From NCBI GenBank assembly GCA_963782055.1, contig CAWAIF010000003.1, positions 2,944,001 to 3,008,000 of the forward strand: a stretch of DNA of 64,000 nucleotides, given 5' to 3'. Under the pieces are notes generated by a model, which was not told the DNA's origin, ran no database searches, and was given only the letters and a program-made list of their open reading frames with translations. Positions 59,892 to 64,000 of this stretch are shown one piece after another. Origin of the DNA: an uncultured delta proteobacterium (lineage in GTDB: Bacteria; Myxococcota_A; Polyangia; Polyangiales; Polyangiaceae). The position numbers were made by a program, and so were the translations under genes. How positions within the stretch are numbered: the first letter of the stretch is position 1; the number at the start of each line of letters is the position of its first letter.

Positions 59892-60536
59892 TCAGTACGT
59901 ATAGTGGTCGCACACCACGCGAACGTCCTCGGCGTCGTACGCCACGTGGATCCGCTTCACCTCCGCGGCGTGCGCGCCCGGGAGGACGTACGCGGACAGA
60001 GTGGGCGGGATGCTGATGGGTTGAGGCATCCGGTCGCAGGTGCCCGCCTGCGACACCTCGCGCGTGCGCACCACGTGAGGAGCGGGCGTCAGATCCAGGA
60101 TCGCGCCGCCCGGGCCTCGCGCGAGGCGCGCCACGTCGCTGGTGCCCCGCGGGCGGGAGGGGACGATGGTCACCGCGTCGCCGGCGTCGGTCTTCGCGTC
60201 GACGGCGCCGGCGCGGAGCGCGGCGGAGAGCATGCCGGCGCAGGGGACGACGAGGGACCCGCCCTGGCTGCTGCGCTTCACGGTGACCTCCGCGGGGGCG
60301 GGTGTGGCGCCGTAGCCAGACCTGCACCGCTCCAGATCGCCGACGAAGAGCTGCTCCTCCGGCACGTCCATCACGGTCGCCCGGGCCGAGGCCAGCGCCT
60401 GCGCGAAGGCGCGCGCCTCGCTCTTGCCGTTGAAGTCGTCCACCTCGTCGTAGATCGCCCGCTTCGACGCCTCGGAGGTGTGGCCGCACCCCGCCACCGC
60501 CAGCGTCATCCCCACGAGCAGCAGGCGCGCGTGCAT
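59892..60536 (-). CDS. Hypothetical lipoprotein
   Basis: MHARLLLVGMTLAVAGC lipobox; TAACAT hexamer 7 nt upstream of this ATG. Confidence 0.65.
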   Translation of the reverse strand: MHARLLLVGMTLAVAGCGHTSEASKRAIYDEVDDFNGKSEARAFAQALASARATVMDVPEEQLFVGDLERCRSGYGATPAPAEVTVKRSSQGGSLVVPCAGMLSAALRAGAVDAKTDAGDAVTIVPSRPRGTSDVARLARGPGGAILDLTPAPHVVRTREVSQAGTCDRMPQPISIPPTLSAYVLPGAHAAEVKRIHVAYDAEDVRVVCDHYTY

Positions 60537-60599
60537 CGCGAGGATGTTAGCGGCGATTTGGCGGTTTGCCATGGCCAGCCGACCGCCTAGTCTGGCCCG

Positions 60600-62363
60600 G
60601 TGCGCCACGTCCTCGTCGCCGCCGCCCTCCTCGCCGGCTTCGCGCTCACCGCCTCCTGCCGCGATCCGACCGAGATCGTCGTGCGCATCTCCACCGACGC
60701 GAAGTGCGGCGACATCCACGGCGTCGCGCTGGCGACGGGCACGCTGGGCGACGCCCTGGACGGCAAGCCGGCGTCCACCGTCTCGATGGCGTGCGATCCG
60801 GCGACGGGCCACCTGGGCACGGTGGTCCTCCTCCCCAGCGGCGCCGACGACACGGAGGTGGACTTCCGGGTGACGGCGGGCTTCGGGCAGTCGGTGGAGG
60901 CGTGCAAGGCCCCCTTCGGCCCGGGATGCATCGTCGCGCGCCGCGCCCTGCGCTACATCCCCAACACCCCGCTGTACGTGCCCGTCACCCTCTCGGTGTC
61001 GTGCAACGGCGTGCCGTGCGGCGCCACCTCCACGTGTCAGAACGGCGCCTGCGTGGACCCCCACGTGGACCCGACGCAGTGCACCGATCCATCGGGCTGC
61101 GACGTGGCCGACGGCGGCACGCCTCCGGTGGACGCCGGACCGGACACCGGCGTGCCGGACGCGGGGGCCCCGGTGATCGCGCCCATCATCCAGGTCGGCA
61201 ACGTGCCCTACGAGACGGGCACCTCGATGCAGCAGCACATCCTGCACACCGACAACGGCGGGTACTACTGGTTTTTCTACTACGACAGCTCCAACGTCAA
61301 CGCGCTCCAGCGGGCGCGGTCCGCGGACCTGGTGACGTGGACCCCGGAGGGTGAGGTCGTCACCGGCGACACCGGCAGCGAGGGCCGGAACTTCAGCGCG
61401 GCCTACGCCGACATCGCCGGTCACGACGTGGTGCACATCGTCGCGAGCCACCAGAGCGGCCAGACCTACGGCGCCTACCACGACCGGCTGGAGACGAAGA
61501 AGGGACTGGTCGTCTCCTCGCCGCCGGAGACGAGCGTGATCACCACCACGACCTCCTCCTTCCCCGCCGGCGGCATGCCCGACGGGCCCGCCGTCGCCCT
61601 CTCCTCCGACGCGAAGGTGTTCCTCGCGACCGGGTGGATGAACGAGAACGGCATCACCCAGAGCTTCGACACCTACGCCAACATGGACGTGTACCAGTCG
61701 TCCGCGCCCGACACCGGCGTCGCCGGGCCGCAGGGCACCAGCACGTCCGACTACCACCACTGGGTCCTGACCTACGTGAACAACCGGGCGCTCGTCCCGC
61801 TCGACGCCGGTCGCGTCCTCGCCGTCTGGCCTCAGGCGGACGTCCACCCCGACTCCAGCGATCTATCGTGGGCGTGGTCCGGGGACGGGTGGGTGGACGA
61901 CCCCAACCGGCTGGTCTTCGGCGCCGGCTCGCCCACGGCGCAGAACGACTGGGCCGTGTGCGCGGTGACGCCCACCAGCGTCCACGCGGTCCGCCGCGAG
62001 GTGGGCGGCGGTACGAACGAGGTCTACGACGACATGATCTTCGACGCGGCGAAGGGGGCGTGGACGCCGGGCGCGGCCATCCCGAAGCAAGCGGGCCAGT
62101 ACGGCACCGGCGTCGTGCTGCTGACCGACGGCGCGCGCATGCTCCTCTTCAGCGTGGCGAGCGACGGCAACGACAGCATCGTCTACACGCGCTACGACGG
62201 CACCCAGTGGTCGGCGTGGCAGACGCTCGTGGGCAGCGCCGCCAAGCGCGTGGCGCTGAGCGGCTCGGGGTGCGCGGCGAAGGACCACCAGGTGCTGCTG
62301 TGGACGGAAGGCTACGTCGCCCCCTACACCGCGATGGCGGCGGGCGTGGCCGGGCTGTTCTGA
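60600..62363 (+). CDS. Hypothetical lipoprotein: Cys-rich N-domain, DAG linker, probable beta-propeller
   Basis: Lipobox TASC; GCIVARRALRYIP; RSADLVTW (Asp-box-like); YTRYDGTQWSAW. Confidence 0.8.
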   Translation: MRHVLVAAALLAGFALTASCRDPTEIVVRISTDAKCGDIHGVALATGTLGDALDGKPASTVSMACDPATGHLGTVVLLPSGADDTEVDFRVTAGFGQSVEACKAPFGPGCIVARRALRYIPNTPLYVPVTLSVSCNGVPCGATSTCQNGACVDPHVDPTQCTDPSGCDVADGGTPPVDAGPDTGVPDAGAPVIAPIIQVGNVPYETGTSMQQHILHTDNGGYYWFFYYDSSNVNALQRARSADLVTWTPEGEVVTGDTGSEGRNFSAAYADIAGHDVVHIVASHQSGQTYGAYHDRLETKKGLVVSSPPETSVITTTTSSFPAGGMPDGPAVALSSDAKVFLATGWMNENGITQSFDTYANMDVYQSSAPDTGVAGPQGTSTSDYHHWVLTYVNNRALVPLDAGRVLAVWPQADVHPDSSDLSWAWSGDGWVDDPNRLVFGAGSPTAQNDWAVCAVTPTSVHAVRREVGGGTNEVYDDMIFDAAKGAWTPGAAIPKQAGQYGTGVVLLTDGARMLLFSVASDGNDSIVYTRYDGTQWSAWQTLVGSAAKRVALSGSGCAAKDHQVLLWTEGYVAPYTAMAAGVAGLF

Positions 62364-62370
62364 GCCAGCG

Positions 62371-62871
62371 TCACTCCACCGGCCCGGTGACCGCCACCCA
62401 CGCGGCGACGTCGCTGCACAGGGGCCGACCGTCCACCGAGCCGATCATCGACACCACGTAGGCCTGGCCGGGCGGTGACTCCGGCATCCGCGCGTCGACG
62501 TCCACCTCGTACGTCTCTCCGGGGGCGAGTGTCCGGTCCACCGGCGTCCAGTCGGAGAAGCCGCAGCGCTCCACCGGCCCGGCGTGACAGACGACGACCC
62601 TTCGGACGCGCACCCGGTGGGCCTCCGCGCCCCCGTTGTGGATGCTCACCCGGGCGAAGTCATAGCGTCGGTCCGGTCCGCGCGGGTAGCGGGTGCGCGC
62701 GACGAGCCCCGCGTCGGCGAAGGTGACGGAGGAGCGATCGGCGGTGCAGTTGGCCACCGGCAGCATCGCGTGCACCGGGGCGGTCGCGGGTGGCGAGTCG
62801 ATCGCAGGGCCGGCGCTCCCGCACCCGCCGAGGCCGGTCGCCACCCCGAGCAGGACGAGCGCGCGTCGCAT
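62371..62871 (-). CDS. Hypothetical lipoprotein (Ig-like beta sandwich likely)
   Basis: Lipobox LGGC; VSIHNGG, RTLAPGETYEV. Confidence 0.65.
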   Translation of the reverse strand: MRRALVLLGVATGLGGCGSAGPAIDSPPATAPVHAMLPVANCTADRSSVTFADAGLVARTRYPRGPDRRYDFARVSIHNGGAEAHRVRVRRVVVCHAGPVERCGFSDWTPVDRTLAPGETYEVDVDARMPESPPGQAYVVSMIGSVDGRPLCSDVAAWVAVTGPVE

Positions 62872-62929
62872 CCCGGGGATCTACGGAGGGCGCCCCGCCA
62901 GGCTTCCCCGGCCCGGTCTGCCGCGGAGA

Positions 62930-64000
62930 TCAGAAGAAGTTGCCGATGGTGAACTCGAAGTCCATCGGCTGCTCGTAAGGCAGCCGGTACAGCGGGAAGC
63001 CCCACTCGAACCGCAGCGGGCCGAGCGGCGAGAACCACCGGATGCCGAACCCGGAGCTCGTCCGCAGGTACGCCAGGCTGTCGGCGGTGAAGCAGGGGCT
63101 CACCACCTTGTCGAACTGCGGCGCGGGCGTCGTCCGGCAGAACTGGTCCTCGGTGTTCCACGCGTTGCCGGCGTCGAAGAAGACGACGCCGCGGATACCC
63201 ACCTTGTCCAGGATGGGGAACTCCAGCTCGAGGTTCATGTACGCCTCGAGGTTGCCGCCGATGTTCGCCCCGTTGGTGATGGGCGGGGAGTTGGGGTCGA
63301 GCGACTGGTTGAGCGGCAGGCGCGGGCCGATGCTCCGCAGGAGGAATCCGCGCACGTCCAGGATGCCGCCCAGAAAGAAGCGCTGGTAGATGGGCACGCC
63401 CTGCGGGCTGGGGCTGGTGATGAGGCCGACCTCGGTGTTGAGCTTCAGCACGAAGCCGGAGCCGGGCATGCCGTTGCCGCCGCCCAGCGGGTAGTAGAAG
63501 CGGCCGGTGAAGCGCTGCCGCCAGAACTCCACCTCGCTCCCGAAGGCGCTCGACGCCAGCTCGCTCGACGCGTTCAGGTACACGCCCGACGTCGGGAAGA
63601 GGCGGTTGTTGCGCGTGTCCAGCACGATGGCCGGGCGCAGCGAGATCGTCAGGCCGCTGTTGAACAGGTTGGCGAGCGGCAGGTTCTGGAAGACGCCGTA
63701 GTAAGGGTTGCTGGTGCCCAGCGTGCCGAAGAGCGTCGTCGACGAGTTGTCGACCTGATCGTACTCCGCGGTGCCTGTCAGGCTGGTGCGCAGCCACGGC
63801 TGGATGAGCGCGTAGCCGAAGGTGAGCGACCCGCCCAGGCTCCGCCGCGCGAAGTTGGGGTAGACGTAGAGCTGATCGTAGAGCTCGGTGCTCATCGACC
63901 AGTCCGTCCCGAAGAAGTACGGCTCGAAGAAGCGCAGGCTGACGACCTGCCGGAGCGAGCTCACCTGCGCGGAGAGTGCCAGCGACTGCCCGTTGCCGAA
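62930..64000 (-). CDS. bamA: Outer membrane protein assembly factor BamA (3' part; continues beyond the window)
   Basis: FGNGQSL, FFEPY, DTRNNRLFPTSG, RFFLGG..DVRGF, FFDAGN, GFGIRWFSPLGPLRFEWGFP, FEFTIGNFF. Confidence 0.95.
   Translation of the reverse strand, partial: FGNGQSLALSAQVSSLRQVVSLRFFEPYFFGTDWSMSTELYDQLYVYPNFARRSLGGSLTFGYALIQPWLRTSLTGTAEYDQVDNSSTTLFGTLGTSNPYYGVFQNLPLANLFNSGLTISLRPAIVLDTRNNRLFPTSGVYLNASSELASSAFGSEVEFWRQRFTGRFYYPLGGGNGMPGSGFVLKLNTEVGLITSPSPQGVPIYQRFFLGGILDVRGFLLRSIGPRLPLNQSLDPNSPPITNGANIGGNLEAYMNLELEFPILDKVGIRGVVFFDAGNAWNTEDQFCRTTPAPQFDKVVSPCFTADSLAYLRTSSGFGIRWFSPLGPLRFEWGFPLYRLPYEQPMDFEFTIGNFF

Overview
Very GC-rich bacterial chromosomal segment. Gene content points to Myxococcota, probably Polyangiaceae/Labilithrix-like (inference from many Cys-rich lipoproteins with D[AST]G linkers, a MYXO-CTERM-type tail, IgGFc-binding and IPT/TIG surface proteins, and ECF/NrsF). 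About 55 CDSs are supportable. Housekeeping genes (sucA, thiS, a PLD-family cardiolipin synthase, miaB, a fatty acyl-CoA ligase, glgA, asnS, ileS, rlpA, pirin, partial bamA) are interspersed with many uncharacterised envelope proteins. I found no rRNA, tRNA, CRISPR array, transposase or prophage. Single-base indels break sucA (two, compensating) and a GH31 gene, consistent with long-read errors. Most notable observations: (1) a POTRA-less Omp85 barrel immediately upstream of a lipoprotein with an atypical kinase-like motif set, close to two exported phosphatases; (2) a four-gene two-component locus with a His7/prion-octarepeat-like Spy/CpxP-type protein, a sensor kinase with WHEHHER heptads, and phased OmpR-type boxes; (3) about 13 genes with a -10-like hexamer only 6-9 nt before the start codon, suggesting widespread leaderless mRNA; (4) a recurring 20-bp palindrome in 3-4 promoter regions; (5) an IleRS with HNGH/KESKS signatures and a ~114-aa insertion; (6) an SPT-like PLP enzyme overlapping a lysine-less acetoacetate-decarboxylase-fold gene. 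All family calls come from motif recognition by eye; no searches were run.
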